A DNA stretch of 64,000 nt from Candidatus Aenigmatarchaeota archaeon (GCA_038998335.1 JAVZHQ010000001.1:288001-352000), one strand, 5' to 3'; shown: positions 47,104 to 57,014, counted from the first letter of the stretch. Program-made: numbers and translations. Notes: generated from the letters alone by a model not told the origin.

Positions 47104-48264
47104 ATGATAGCCCAGAATTTAGAGATAAGAAGAATTCTTGCAACTAATTCTCAAGAAACTATAGAAATTGAGCTTGAGTTTAAAAAAGGAAAGGTTAGAA
47201 GTTCTGTACCAATAGGAACAAGCGTTGGAAAATATGAAGCAAAATATTTGCCTGTTGATCAAGTTTTAAAGAAATTTTCTTTAATTAAAAAGCATTTTAT
47301 TAACGAAGATTTTAAAAATCAGGAAGACGTTGATTTGCTTTTGCGCTCAATAGATACTACTCCTGATTTGAGAGAAATAGGAGCAAACTTAGCCTTAGGA
47401 ATTTCTTCTGCTTTTCTCAAAGCTTTTGCCTTGAATGAAGGCAAAGAAGTTTTCGAGTATTTATCGAAAGGAAAGCCTTCAATCCCAAAACCAATTTGTA
47501 ATATAGTAGGGGGTTGGAAGGATTCAAAAGTTGACATTCAAGAGTATCTGCTCTTACCTGAACATCAAAAATCATTTTCAGATTCTGTATCAAAAATAGC
47601 AAAAGCCTATAGAGAAACAGGAAAAATGCTTATAGATAAAGATGAAACCTTTGCCTTTTCTAAAAACTTAGAATCAGCATGGGTAACCAACCTTAAACCT
47701 GAGGAAATCCTGAAAATTTTAGAAAATTGTGCAGAAAATTTTGATTTAGTTATAGGTTTGGACGTTGCAGCATCTCAACTTTGGGACGGAGAAAAGTATT
47801 TCTATTCAAAACTAAACTTAAGGCTAACAAGAACAGAGCAACTAGCTTTTATAGAAAAGTTAGCAAGAGAATTTTCAATTCTTTACATAGAAGACCCTTT
47901 CCATGAAGATGATTTCATAGGTTTCAGCACTTTAACCCATAGGTTAAGAGGAAGAATAATTTGTGGTGATGATTTGTACGCAAGCAATTTAAAAAGATTT
48001 AAGGAAGGGGTTTTACACAAAGCAACAAACGGAATTATAATTAAACCCAATCAAATAGGAACTATTAGCGATGTTATAAAACTTTGCGAGGAAGCAAAAA
48101 AGGAAAAGCATGCAAGAATAATTTCTCATCGTTCAGGCGAAACAGAAGATACTTTGATTTGCCATTTGGCTGTTGGTTTAGGTTGCGAATACATAAAGCT
48201 TGGGATAAGCGGGGAAAGAACAGTAAAGATTAACGAATTGATAAGAATAGAAGAAAAAATATAA
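47104..48264 (+). CDS. eno: Enolase (divergent)
   Basis: GLDVAAS, IEDPFHEDD, GDDL, IKPNQIG, SHRSGETED. Confidence 0.92.
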   Translation: MIAQNLEIRRILATNSQETIEIELEFKKGKVRSSVPIGTSVGKYEAKYLPVDQVLKKFSLIKKHFINEDFKNQEDVDLLLRSIDTTPDLREIGANLALGISSAFLKAFALNEGKEVFEYLSKGKPSIPKPICNIVGGWKDSKVDIQEYLLLPEHQKSFSDSVSKIAKAYRETGKMLIDKDETFAFSKNLESAWVTNLKPEEILKILENCAENFDLVIGLDVAASQLWDGEKYFYSKLNLRLTRTEQLAFIEKLAREFSILYIEDPFHEDDFIGFSTLTHRLRGRIICGDDLYASNLKRFKEGVLHKATNGIIIKPNQIGTISDVIKLCEEAKKEKHARIISHRSGETEDTLICHLAVGLGCEYIKLGISGERTVKINELIRIEEKI

Positions 48265-48336
48265 GGCAAAATATCTTTTCATTTATATTAAATCTTTATA
48301 TTTAACATTAAAGTATAATTTATTTTACCGATTCTT

Positions 48337-49020
48337 ATGAAGTACTCTTTCGAGAAAAGACAGAGAGAAAAGAAAATAGAAAGAATAGTTAAGGAATTGA
48401 AAAGAGTAAGATGGCAGTACAGAAACACAATCTTCTTTTTAATAAGCATTTTTGTAGCATATCTAATCTTAAGAAACGAAAGTTTCGTAGAAATGCTTTA
48501 TAGCTTAGGAAGAATCGGCTATCTTGGTTCTTTTTTCTCTGGCTTATTCTATACTTTTAGCTTGAGCGTAGCCATTTCAACAGTAATATTCTATAAAATG
48601 GGGAAGTATTTTAACCCTTTTTTAATAGCTTTTGTAGGTGCTTTTGGAAGTGTTATAAGTGATTATTTTATTTTTAGGTTTGTTAGAGATAATTTAGTTG
48701 ACGAGATAAAGCTTTTAGTTAACAACACAAGCAAAAAAGTTGTTAAAACTTTCAAAAATTCGATATTCTATAAAATTTTTCCTTTCTCAAATTTAGCTTT
48801 ATCTGAAATTTTTGAAAGAACTTGGCTTAAAGTTTCTCGCTCAAGAAAATGGAAAATTTTAATAAGTTTTCTTGGTTGCTGCATGATAGCTTCTCCTTTG
48901 CCTGATGAGCTAGGAATAGCCCTTCTCGGCTCGGTAAAACTTGAGTCAAAGAAGTTCATAATCTTTTCTTACTTGTTAAACTTCATCGGAATTTTTCTTA
49001 TAGCTTCGCTATGGTTTTAA
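48337..49020 (+). CDS. Membrane protein (DedA/VTT-like)
   Basis: GAFGSVISDYFIFRF, SPLPDE; multiple TM. Confidence 0.7.
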   Translation: MKYSFEKRQREKKIERIVKELKRVRWQYRNTIFFLISIFVAYLILRNESFVEMLYSLGRIGYLGSFFSGLFYTFSLSVAISTVIFYKMGKYFNPFLIAFVGAFGSVISDYFIFRFVRDNLVDEIKLLVNNTSKKVVKTFKNSIFYKIFPFSNLALSEIFERTWLKVSRSRKWKILISFLGCCMIASPLPDELGIALLGSVKLESKKFIIFSYLLNFIGIFLIASLWF

Positions 49021-49043
49021 ACGTTAAAAAACAAATATAAAAT

Positions 49044-49385
49044 ATGAAGGAAAGAAAAATTGGAGAATGGGCTTTTATTCTTGGGGTTTTGATAGCTTTC
49101 TTTGCTGGAATAGTTATCGGCAAAGTTGAGGGAAATGTGGCAGTAGTTCTTATACTTTTAGGCTTGTTCGTCGGTTTAATTAACTTGAAAAAAGATGAGA
49201 AAAAATTAACAACATTCTTAGTTGCAGCAATAGCCTTGCTTTTATCAGGAACCGCAGGTTTAGAAAACCTTCCTCTAATAGGCTCTTTTATCGGGCCAAT
49301 TCTAATTAACATCACAAGCTTTGTAACACCAGCTGCTGTGATAATTGCTTTAAAAGTAGTTTATAACTTGGCAAAGAAAGGCTAA
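49044..49385 (+). CDS. Small 4-TM membrane protein
   Basis: Hydrophobic ORF. Confidence 0.75.
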   Translation: MKERKIGEWAFILGVLIAFFAGIVIGKVEGNVAVVLILLGLFVGLINLKKDEKKLTTFLVAAIALLLSGTAGLENLPLIGSFIGPILINITSFVTPAAVIIALKVVYNLAKKG

Positions 49386-49411
49386 ATTTAAACAAATGAA
49401 AAAAATATTAT

Positions 49412-50371
49412 ATGGAAATCTTTACTGAAACTTTAACCTTTTTTTCTTCTGTAGCCTTGCTTGCTTTAGCATCTCAGCTAGTTATAAAAAACGCTGCAAA
49501 GCTAGCAAGGATAACTGGTTTAGGTGAAGTGGTTATTGGCTTTATTCTCCTTTCTGTTTCAACAAGCATGCCAGAAATTAGCGTAGCTATATTTTCAGTT
49601 TTGACTAAAAACGTTGGTATAAGCATTGGTGACTTGTTTGGTGCAAATGTAATAAACATTTGCTTGATAATTGCTCTTGGTATATTAGTTTCAAAGAAAC
49701 CTATAAAAATAAAAAAAGAAGAAATAACAAACCTTTCTCTTCTTCTTTTCTTCGCTTCTTTGATTCCTTTAGCACTTATTTTTGTAGGTGAGCTTGGATT
49801 CTTAGTTGGAATTTTGCTATTAGCATTTTTCTTTGGTTTTTGTCTTTTTTCGATAAAGAGAAGAATTGGACTTAGAGAAAAAAATGAAAAGAAAAATGAT
49901 ATAGCTAAACCTTTGGTTTGGCTCTTGTTTGGCTTGTTTTTCCTTGTTTATAGCGCAATGTTTGTGGTTAATTCTGCTTCAGTTATTTCTGAGCTTACAG
50001 GAATTTCCCAGTCAGTAATAGGTGCAAGCATAGTCGCTTTAAGCACAACCCTTCCTGAACTTTCTGTTTGTTTGACCGCAATAAAAGAAGGGCATCCGCA
50101 TCTTACTTTAGGCGATACCATAGGCTCCTGTGTCACAAACATTACTTTAATTCTTGGGTTAGTTTTAATCCTATCAGAGTTTAGGGTTAGTGTTGCTGCC
50201 TTCTCGACAATAGCTTTATTCGCTTCCTTTTCTGCTCTTGTTCTTTGGTATTTTATGAAAAACAGGTTATTAACCAGAAAAGAAGGATTTTTTCTCATTT
50301 TAATTTTCTTCATTTATATGCTCTCAATTTACGGTGTTATAACCTTAGAAAGAATGTTTTTCTTAGGCTAG
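49412..50371 (+). CDS. Ca2+/Na+ antiporter (CaCA family)
   Basis: STSMPE and STTLPE alpha repeats, GSCVTN. Confidence 0.92.
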   Translation: MEIFTETLTFFSSVALLALASQLVIKNAAKLARITGLGEVVIGFILLSVSTSMPEISVAIFSVLTKNVGISIGDLFGANVINICLIIALGILVSKKPIKIKKEEITNLSLLLFFASLIPLALIFVGELGFLVGILLLAFFFGFCLFSIKRRIGLREKNEKKNDIAKPLVWLLFGLFFLVYSAMFVVNSASVISELTGISQSVIGASIVALSTTLPELSVCLTAIKEGHPHLTLGDTIGSCVTNITLILGLVLILSEFRVSVAAFSTIALFASFSALVLWYFMKNRLLTRKEGFFLILIFFIYMLSIYGVITLERMFFLG

Positions 50372-50417
50372 ATTTATATAGTTTATTAAGCCCAAGAAAT
50401 ACTTTATAGGTGAGAGC

Positions 50418-51461
50418 TTGATTTTAATAGATGGTTCTATAGGAGAAGCTGGTGGGCAAATTTTAAGAACAAGTATTGCTCTTTCTTCGCTTTTGCTTAA
50501 ACCTATAAAAATCATCAACATAAGAAAAGGTAGAGCTAAACCAGGGTTAATGGCTCAGCATTTAGCTGGAGTAAAGTTTGCTGGTGAATTTTGTAAAGCT
50601 GAGATAAAAGGTTTAAAAATTGGTTCAACTGAGCTTGAATTTATTCCAAAAAGTTTTAATATAGAAGATAAAAGAATAGACATAGGCACAGCAGGCCAGA
50701 TTTCCTTAATCTTACAAACTCTAACTCCTTTACTGATTTTTGGAGGAAAAGAAGTAAAACTTAAAATTGTTGGCGGAACAGCAGGTCTTGGGGCTCCTAC
50801 GATACATTACGTAAAAAACGTTCTTTTTCCTATGGTTTCAAAGCTTGGAGTGAAAATTCCTGAATTAGAAGTTGAAAGAGAGGGTTTTTATCCAAAAGGA
50901 GGTGGAATAGTAAAAACCAAGTTTTATCCTGTTAAAAAATTAAATTCGATTAAATTGCTTGAAAGAGGTAAAGTGAAAAGCATAAAAGGAATTTCTATAG
51001 CTGACTCTTTACCAGAGCATGTTGCGGAAAGACAAGCAAATTCTGTAGAAAAAATTTTAAAAGATTATGGTTTTGAAGCAAAAATTGCAACTCAAGCTGT
51101 GAAAACGTTCTCTCCTGGAACTTCTATAACTTTATGGGCCGAATGTGAAAATTCTGTAATCGGGGCAGACAATATAGGAAAAAAGGGAATAAAGGCTGAA
51201 AAAATAGGAGAAGAATGCGCGAAAGAGCTTTTGGCTTCAATAGAATCAAAAGCTGCTTTAGATAAGTATTTAGCTGACCAAATATTGATATTTTTAGCTT
51301 TGGCTGAGTCTGAGTCAGTAGTAAGTGTAGAAAAAATAACCCAGCACTGCTTAACAAATATTAAAATAATAGAACAAATGTTAAGCGTGAAGTTTAGGTT
51401 AGAAGAAAGCTTTCCACCAAGAATAAGTGTTAAAGGTATTGGTTTTGAGGCGAGAGAATGA
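50418..51461 (+). CDS. rtcA: RNA 3'-terminal phosphate cyclase
   Basis: IDGSIGEAGGQILRT, PGLMAQH, GFYPKGGG, LADQ. Confidence 0.93.
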   Translation: MILIDGSIGEAGGQILRTSIALSSLLLKPIKIINIRKGRAKPGLMAQHLAGVKFAGEFCKAEIKGLKIGSTELEFIPKSFNIEDKRIDIGTAGQISLILQTLTPLLIFGGKEVKLKIVGGTAGLGAPTIHYVKNVLFPMVSKLGVKIPELEVEREGFYPKGGGIVKTKFYPVKKLNSIKLLERGKVKSIKGISIADSLPEHVAERQANSVEKILKDYGFEAKIATQAVKTFSPGTSITLWAECENSVIGADNIGKKGIKAEKIGEECAKELLASIESKAALDKYLADQILIFLALAESESVVSVEKITQHCLTNIKIIEQMLSVKFRLEESFPPRISVKGIGFEARE

Positions 51462-52660
51462 AAGTATTGGTTTTAGGTTGTGGAGCAATAGGTTCGTCGA
51501 TAATAAGGCTACTTTTGAAAGAGAAATTTATAGATGAAGTTTTTTGTGTAAGTAGAGAGAAAAAAACTGCAAAAGACTTTCTTCTGAAAGATTTTAGAAG
51601 CGTAGAATTTAAAGTTGGTGACGCCCTTAACTTTAAAACGATAAAACCTTTTTTAGAAAAATCAGATTTCGTAATTAATGCATTACCGAGCTATGTAGAG
51701 GTAAAAGGAAAGGAAGTTTTGATTAACCTAAAAATTCTTGAGTTTTGTTTGAAAACTGGAACGAATTACTTGGACTTTGCTTGTTACGGAGATTACAAAA
51801 GGAAGATTGCTGAGCAGCTCATTTTTAAAGAAGAATTCGAAAGAGAAAGAGTTTTTGGTTTAATTAACGCAGGTGTTGCTCCTGGCTTGTCAAACCTTAT
51901 AGCAAAGGAAAGTAGTGAAGAGTTTGACTATTTAGATAGTATAAAGATAAGAACCTTAGAAGATCAAAGAGGATTAGAATTTGTGCTTCCTTGGTCAAGA
52001 GAAGGGATGTTTGACGTTGCCTCTAAAGCTTTAGTTTATAGAAATTACAAGTTTTTTCTGAAAGAACCTTTTACAGAAAGAGAGATTTACGATTACTCTT
52101 CTTTTGGAAAGATTCCTTGCTATCTTTTAGCTCATGACGAAATTTATACTTTGCCGCATTTCATAAAAGTTAGGAATGTTGATGTTAAAGGGGGAGGAAG
52201 CGACGTAGAAATTCTTCTTGCTTTGTATAAACTTGGGATTTTTGAGGACGAAAAAATTAAAGTTGGAGAAGTAAGAATTTCACCAAAAAAATTCATTTAT
52301 TCCATAGTTAGAGGAACTCCAACTACTAGGGAATTCATAAAAATAATAAACCAAGGGATAATAGAAGATGCTTTCTTTGGTTTGTTTGTTGATTGTAAAG
52401 GATATTGGAGAAACAGTAGAATTTTGATGAAAACTTATCTTACATTTTCCCAAAAAATGATAAACAAAAAGCTTTTGGGTACAAATTACATTTCTTATCC
52501 TACAGCCTTATCTTCTGTTCTATTCCTTAAATCAGTTTACAAGAAAAGGCTTTATGGAGTTTTACCTCCTGAAGCTCTTCCCAAAGCTGTAAGAAAGAAA
52601 TTCTTTAACGAATTGGAAAGAAAAGGGATAATCTTAAACACGGAATACAAAAAAATTTAA
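51458..52660 (+). CDS. Saccharopine dehydrogenase family oxidoreductase
   Basis: VLGCGAIG Rossmann motif, NYLD, GVAPGLSN, HDE. Confidence 0.85.
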   Translation: MKVLVLGCGAIGSSIIRLLLKEKFIDEVFCVSREKKTAKDFLLKDFRSVEFKVGDALNFKTIKPFLEKSDFVINALPSYVEVKGKEVLINLKILEFCLKTGTNYLDFACYGDYKRKIAEQLIFKEEFERERVFGLINAGVAPGLSNLIAKESSEEFDYLDSIKIRTLEDQRGLEFVLPWSREGMFDVASKALVYRNYKFFLKEPFTEREIYDYSSFGKIPCYLLAHDEIYTLPHFIKVRNVDVKGGGSDVEILLALYKLGIFEDEKIKVGEVRISPKKFIYSIVRGTPTTREFIKIINQGIIEDAFFGLFVDCKGYWRNSRILMKTYLTFSQKMINKKLLGTNYISYPTALSSVLFLKSVYKKRLYGVLPPEALPKAVRKKFFNELERKGIILNTEYKKI

Positions 52661-52661
52661 C

Positions 52662-53009
52662 TTATTTTTTTATCAGATTTTCTATTTCTAGCCAAACTCT
52701 TTTTATAAAAATTCCAGCAATTCCCCACAAAATTGGTAGCCAGGATGGAATTAAGTCTAAAATTTCTAGCAAAGAATATTTCCATGCTCCAAAAAGAATT
52801 GCAAAAGCCTCAGCAGAAGCACCAAAAATTCCTGAAAAAATAAAGAGGTAAATATCTCTTTTATCTTTTTCGACTAAAATCATCAGAATGCTAACGAATA
52901 TTAAACAAACTAAGAGTAAAATTGAGTTTGCCCAAAGAAATGCAACTAAAAATATTGAAGTTAAACCTAACAAGAAACTATAAACAAATCTTCTCGACAC
53001 TTTTTCCAT
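52662..53009 (-). CDS. Small membrane protein (DUF2878-like)
   Basis: 4 TM, GAWKY and IPSWLPILWG. Confidence 0.65.
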   Translation of the reverse strand: MEKVSRRFVYSFLLGLTSIFLVAFLWANSILLLVCLIFVSILMILVEKDKRDIYLFIFSGIFGASAEAFAILFGAWKYSLLEILDLIPSWLPILWGIAGIFIKRVWLEIENLIKK

Positions 53010-53148
53010 AATATAGTTTAAAATTTTTATTTAAAAAAACGAAAAGTTTTTAAATTCTTGGAGCAAAAAAATAATATCTTTTCTAGTGTGTTAATTACAC
53101 AAAATTTACTTGATTTAGTTTGCTTCGGAGGTAAACAAAAAATGTCGC

Positions 53149-53694
53149 GTGATAACTATGAAAAAAGAATTGTTAGTGGTAATGCTAGTCAGCATACTCT
53201 CTTCAATAGGAATGGGAATGTTTGCTCCTGTTTACTTGTTACTCTATCAAAAAATTGGCAATTATACAGAAATAGCAACAGCCTTTGGAATATTCTGGAT
53301 AGTCTTAGCTTTATTAGAAGCTCCTTTTGGCTATTTTTCAGATAAGTTTGGTAAAAAGTTCTTCATAGTCGTAGGTGGAATTTTAACTTCTCTTGTTTCC
53401 TTGTCTTATATCTTCATTAAAAGTGTTTCTGAACTCTATTTTTTGGAATTCTTAAGCGGAATGGCAACTTCTATGCAAACTCCAGCAATCCAGTCTTTAA
53501 TTTCAGAAGCAAGCCCAAAAAATAAAAAAGGAAAAATTTTTGGCTTGTTTAACTCTTCTGTTAATTTTACTTACGGTTTAGCTTCTTTATTCTCTGGAAT
53601 TTTTATAGGAGTTTTTGGCTTAAACTCAGTTTTTATAGTTTCTTCTTTCTTCCAAATTACTTCTGCTTTAATTGCTTCTAGAATCAAATGCTAA
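53149..53694 (+). CDS. Half-size MFS transporter (about 6 TM)
   Basis: MFS motif A GYFSDKFGKK; only one 6-TM bundle. Confidence 0.8.
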   Translation: MITMKKELLVVMLVSILSSIGMGMFAPVYLLLYQKIGNYTEIATAFGIFWIVLALLEAPFGYFSDKFGKKFFIVVGGILTSLVSLSYIFIKSVSELYFLEFLSGMATSMQTPAIQSLISEASPKNKKGKIFGLFNSSVNFTYGLASLFSGIFIGVFGLNSVFIVSSFFQITSALIASRIKC

Positions 53695-53804
53695 TCTTTC
53701 TTAGAAAACTTACAAATAAGTTCATGCTGAGCTAAGCCTATGTAAATTGGCTTTCCACAATACTTGCAAATTCCTTCTGGTTCTGGTAAGTCTTTTTCTG
53801 ACAT
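53691..53804 (-). CDS. Tiny C2HC zinc-finger protein, 37 aa (not in ORF track)
   Basis: MSEKDLPEPEGICKYCGKPIYIGLAQHELICKFSKKD, 6 bp after the TIP49 stop. Confidence 0.65.
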   Translation of the reverse strand: MSEKDLPEPEGICKYCGKPIYIGLAQHELICKFSKKD

Positions 53805-53810
53805 AGCAAC

Positions 53811-55175
53811 CTAAACCAAAAATTGTTCTTCAAATTCTTTTAAGTATTGAACTGATTTTTTAACGTCAGAAAAAAGCTTTTCAACGTGTAAAACATGCTC
53901 TTTTTCTATTTTTTCAGATTTCTTCTCTTTTGCAACTTCGTAAGCAGGAGCTATAAGTTGAATAGCGTATCTTAAACTTGTTCTGCTTCCTATTTCTGTT
54001 AGGTATTCTAAAGCTTCTTCGCTTAATTTTATTTTCTCAGATTTTGCCCTGATTTCGATTATCTTCTTAATCTCTTCTTTTTTGTAAGGTTTAGTGTTGA
54101 TTATCAATAACCTGTCAAGCAAATCTAAGGGCATACCATGAGCAGCTTTGATATCTGTTCCTCTTATGGTTGAAAATCCTCTGTTGGTTGCAAATATTAT
54201 TATTGGAGCAAGCTCTTGTTCTAGTGCACGATTAAGAAAAGCAAAAGTTTCTATATCGAGCATGCTACACTCATCTATAAAAACAACTCCAGGCAATAAC
54301 TCGCATCTTCCTTCCTGAACTAAGTTTTTAATGTATTCGTCAACTTCCTTTCTTACTTCTGGCTCAATTTCTTTTGACTCCCTTCCCCCAAAGAATAAAC
54401 TGAAAATATCACTGCTTGAGCGTGAGCTTGCTATGTCTAAAGCATGTAAAGTTACAGGATAAACAAACTCTTTTTCCTTCAAAACTTTTCCTTTTGGTAC
54501 AGGTAGCGATTTTTCTGTTGTCAAATCAACTTTCCTTTCTTTTGCCGCTTCTTCGCTTATCCCCAGCTTAACTATTCTTCCTCCTTCAACATCAATTTGA
54601 ATAATGTCACCTGTTTCAACACCTTGCTGAATTAGCTGAATCGCAAAGCTTTGGTCCATAGTAAGCTTTTTGCTCTCATCTTTTGTTGCGATTTTAATCG
54701 TTGCTCCAACTGGAATTTGCTGGTAAGGATTGTAAGGATGCTGAGCTTTCTCTATGCTTATTTCTTTCACCTCACCTTCATAAATTTTCCTCATCTCATG
54801 AATTCTTGCTCCGATAGCTTTTCTCAAAGTTTGGGTTAGAAACTCTGTTTTTTTCATTTCTGTAGAGAAAATCTCGCTTGCAGCTAAAGGGACAAAGGGA
54901 ACGTCATGCCCTAATTCTTTTGCTATAGCCATCGCAATAGCAGTTTTTCCTGTGCCCGGAGGACCAGCTAACAAAACTGCCCTTCCTGCAAACTTTCCTT
55001 CTTTTATTAGTCTAACAACTAAGCCTGCAGCCTCTCTAGCCTCTGTTTGGCCAACCATCCCTTGAGCTATAGGCTTAGCTTTTAAACCTTCTAGACCTAA
55101 GCCTTGAATGTGAGAGTGTGCTGCTATTCTTTCCCATTCGCGAAGAGACTCAGGAATTTCGGCTATCTCAGCCAA
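53811..55175 (-). CDS. RuvB-like/TIP49 AAA+ ATPase
   Basis: AAHSHIQGLGL, GPPGTGKT, FIDECSMLD, ATNRG, DLLDRLLII. Confidence 0.96.
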   Translation of the reverse strand: MAEIAEIPESLREWERIAAHSHIQGLGLEGLKAKPIAQGMVGQTEAREAAGLVVRLIKEGKFAGRAVLLAGPPGTGKTAIAMAIAKELGHDVPFVPLAASEIFSTEMKKTEFLTQTLRKAIGARIHEMRKIYEGEVKEISIEKAQHPYNPYQQIPVGATIKIATKDESKKLTMDQSFAIQLIQQGVETGDIIQIDVEGGRIVKLGISEEAAKERKVDLTTEKSLPVPKGKVLKEKEFVYPVTLHALDIASSRSSSDIFSLFFGGRESKEIEPEVRKEVDEYIKNLVQEGRCELLPGVVFIDECSMLDIETFAFLNRALEQELAPIIIFATNRGFSTIRGTDIKAAHGMPLDLLDRLLIINTKPYKKEEIKKIIEIRAKSEKIKLSEEALEYLTEIGSRTSLRYAIQLIAPAYEVAKEKKSEKIEKEHVLHVEKLFSDVKKSVQYLKEFEEQFLV

Positions 55176-55181
55176 AATTCC

Positions 55182-55817
55182 TCACCTCTCAACTTCTATA
55201 TTAAGAATTCCGTTCTTAAATTCTTTTTTGGTAATGGAAGCGTCAGATGGTATAGGAATCAACTTAAAGTAAGCCTTATCTCCTGCAAAGGCTTTAACCT
55301 CGATGCTTTGCTCAAGCTTTTTAACTTCAATATCTTCTTCTTTCACATCAGGAAGCTTTATTTTTATTATTTGTTTGTTCCCCATTTTTTCTATTTTTGC
55401 TTCAGGCTCTTCTGTAACTTTTGGTACTCTAATTTTTTTCTTTTCAGGCTCTTCTCGAATTTCCTCTACTTCCTCTACAGCTGGTTTGATTCCAAGCCTT
55501 CTTTTAATCTCAGGCTCTATTTTTTTGTAATCTCCACTTGTTTTTACTTCAATTTTTGGTTCCCTTCCGCTTACTGAATGGATTGTGATGCTTATTCCTC
55601 CCCCTTTAATTCCTGGTTTGAACTTAATTCTTGGGAATTCAAACCCAAACATTTTGTCTATTCTTTCAAACTCTTTATCTATATCCTCGAATATATCAAA
55701 AACCCTAAGTTCCCTTTCTTTTTCTTTAAGCCTTTCTCCACAGATTGGGCAAAACTCCCACTCATCCTTAACTTTTTCCCCACAGCTTGGACATTTTTTT
55801 CTCTCAAACATTTTCAA
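55182..55817 (-). CDS. Zn-ribbon plus Hsp20-like domain protein
   Basis: CPSCG...FCPICG N-terminus; C-terminal LPDVKEEDIEV...FKNGILNI. Confidence 0.8.
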   Translation of the reverse strand: MKMFERKKCPSCGEKVKDEWEFCPICGERLKEKERELRVFDIFEDIDKEFERIDKMFGFEFPRIKFKPGIKGGGISITIHSVSGREPKIEVKTSGDYKKIEPEIKRRLGIKPAVEEVEEIREEPEKKKIRVPKVTEEPEAKIEKMGNKQIIKIKLPDVKEEDIEVKKLEQSIEVKAFAGDKAYFKLIPIPSDASITKKEFKNGILNIEVER

Positions 55818-55853
55818 ACCTACTTAAAATTTTGCTGAATAATTTAAATTGTT

Positions 55854-56285
55854 TTACTCTACTTTTATTTCTTTTCCTTTTTTCTTTTCCTTTTTTGGCA
55901 ACCTTATAGTTAAAACTCCTTTGTCCATTTCTGCCTTTGCTTTTTCATAATCGACAGGAACTGGTAAAGTAATTACTCTTCTCAAAGCTCCAAACTTTCT
56001 TTCAGCTCTATAAATTTTTTCTGTCTTTTCTATTTTTTTCTCTTTGTGCTGAGCAGAAATTTCCAAGGTATTTTCTGTAGCTCTTACTGTTACATCACTC
56101 TTGTCAAAACCTGGTAAATCTGCCCTTACTATTATTTCCTCGTCAGTCTCTGAAATATCTACAGGAAATGTTTCTACAAAAAACTCTTCGCTTGGAAGCT
56201 TTTCTAGCAATTGCCTCATTCTCCTTCTCATTCTTTCTAATTCTTCAAAAGGATCCCAATAATCCCAAAAAACCATTTTTATCAC
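55854..56285 (-). CDS. Small heat shock protein Hsp20
   Basis: [29 protein letters not shown]. Confidence 0.95.
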   Translation of the reverse strand: MIKMVFWDYWDPFEELERMRRRMRQLLEKLPSEEFFVETFPVDISETDEEIIVRADLPGFDKSDVTVRATENTLEISAQHKEKKIEKTEKIYRAERKFGALRRVITLPVPVDYEKAKAEMDKGVLTIRLPKKEKKKGKEIKVE

Positions 56286-56350
56286 CTAGTTAGTGTTTAA
56301 ATAATCTAAAAAATATATTGCTTAATAATTTAAATATTTTTCGATTATCT

Positions 56351-56545
56351 TTAGAAAATGAATTTTTCTTCTAATATTTTGCAGAACCACCTTTTTGCTT
56401 TATTAGTTCTTGAAGTTTTTCGCTTTTCCAAACAGAAAACTGAACCATTTCAGCTTTTATTTTCCTAAACTTCTGTTTATTCTCTTTTCTAGCGTTGTAT
56501 TCTCTCTTGGGATGTCAAAAGCTAAAATGAAATTCGTTTTTTCAC
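56351..56545 (-). pseudogene. Decayed paralog of the Cas2-like gene
   Basis: Fragments NFILAFDIPRENTTLEKRINRSL / KIKAEMVQFSVWKSEKLQELIKQKGGSAK / ILEEKFIF in different frames align to ORF 29854-30063. Confidence 0.8.
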
Positions 56546-56565
56546 TTTTTTAAATCTTTTTAGAA

Positions 56566-56581
56566 TGTCATACGTATGACA
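56566..56581. repeat. 16-bp palindrome TGTCATACGTATGACA, covariant relative of TGTTAGACGTCTAACA
   Basis: Perfect palindrome 20 bp upstream of the pseudogene. Confidence 0.9.
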
Positions 56582-56666
56582 CTTCTGTATAAATTTAACT
56601 GAAGTTAACTTCCAGTGAATACTTGCTCTAAAAAACTTTTTATTTAAGTTCAATAAAATTAAAAAC

Positions 56667-56828
56667 ATGGTAAGCATTTTGTTCATAATTTTTGGTATAA
56701 TCGATTTACTAGGCGGAATAGTTTTAACTTTCGGAAGCGTAACTTTCCTCCCTCAAATCGCAAAGTACATAGGTTTGTTTTTAATAGCAAAAGGACTTTG
56801 GACTTTAATAACAAGCTTTATCTATTAA
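56667..56828 (+). CDS. Small 2-TM protein, 53 aa (not in ORF track)
   Basis: MVSILFIIFGIIDLLGGIVL...LIAKGLWTLITSFIY. Confidence 0.6.
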   Translation: MVSILFIIFGIIDLLGGIVLTFGSVTFLPQIAKYIGLFLIAKGLWTLITSFIY

Positions 56829-57010
56829 CCAAAAACCTCAAGAATCTTTCCTTTTACGGAAGCGTCTCCACCTTTTGGTTCAGCTAAGGTTTCACCACAC
56901 TTTAAGCATTTAACAACAGTTGAAGCTTTGCTAAAAATTACTTGCTTATTCTTACATTTTTTGCACATAACTTGAATAAATTTGCTCTTAGGTGTTTCTA
57001 TTATCTCCAT
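56825..57010 (-). CDS. rps27e: 30S ribosomal protein eS27
   Basis: PKSKFIQVMCKKC...VKCLKCG..LAEPKGG. Confidence 0.95.
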   Translation of the reverse strand: MEIIETPKSKFIQVMCKKCKNKQVIFSKASTVVKCLKCGETLAEPKGGDASVKGKILEVFG

Positions 57011-57014
57011 AATC

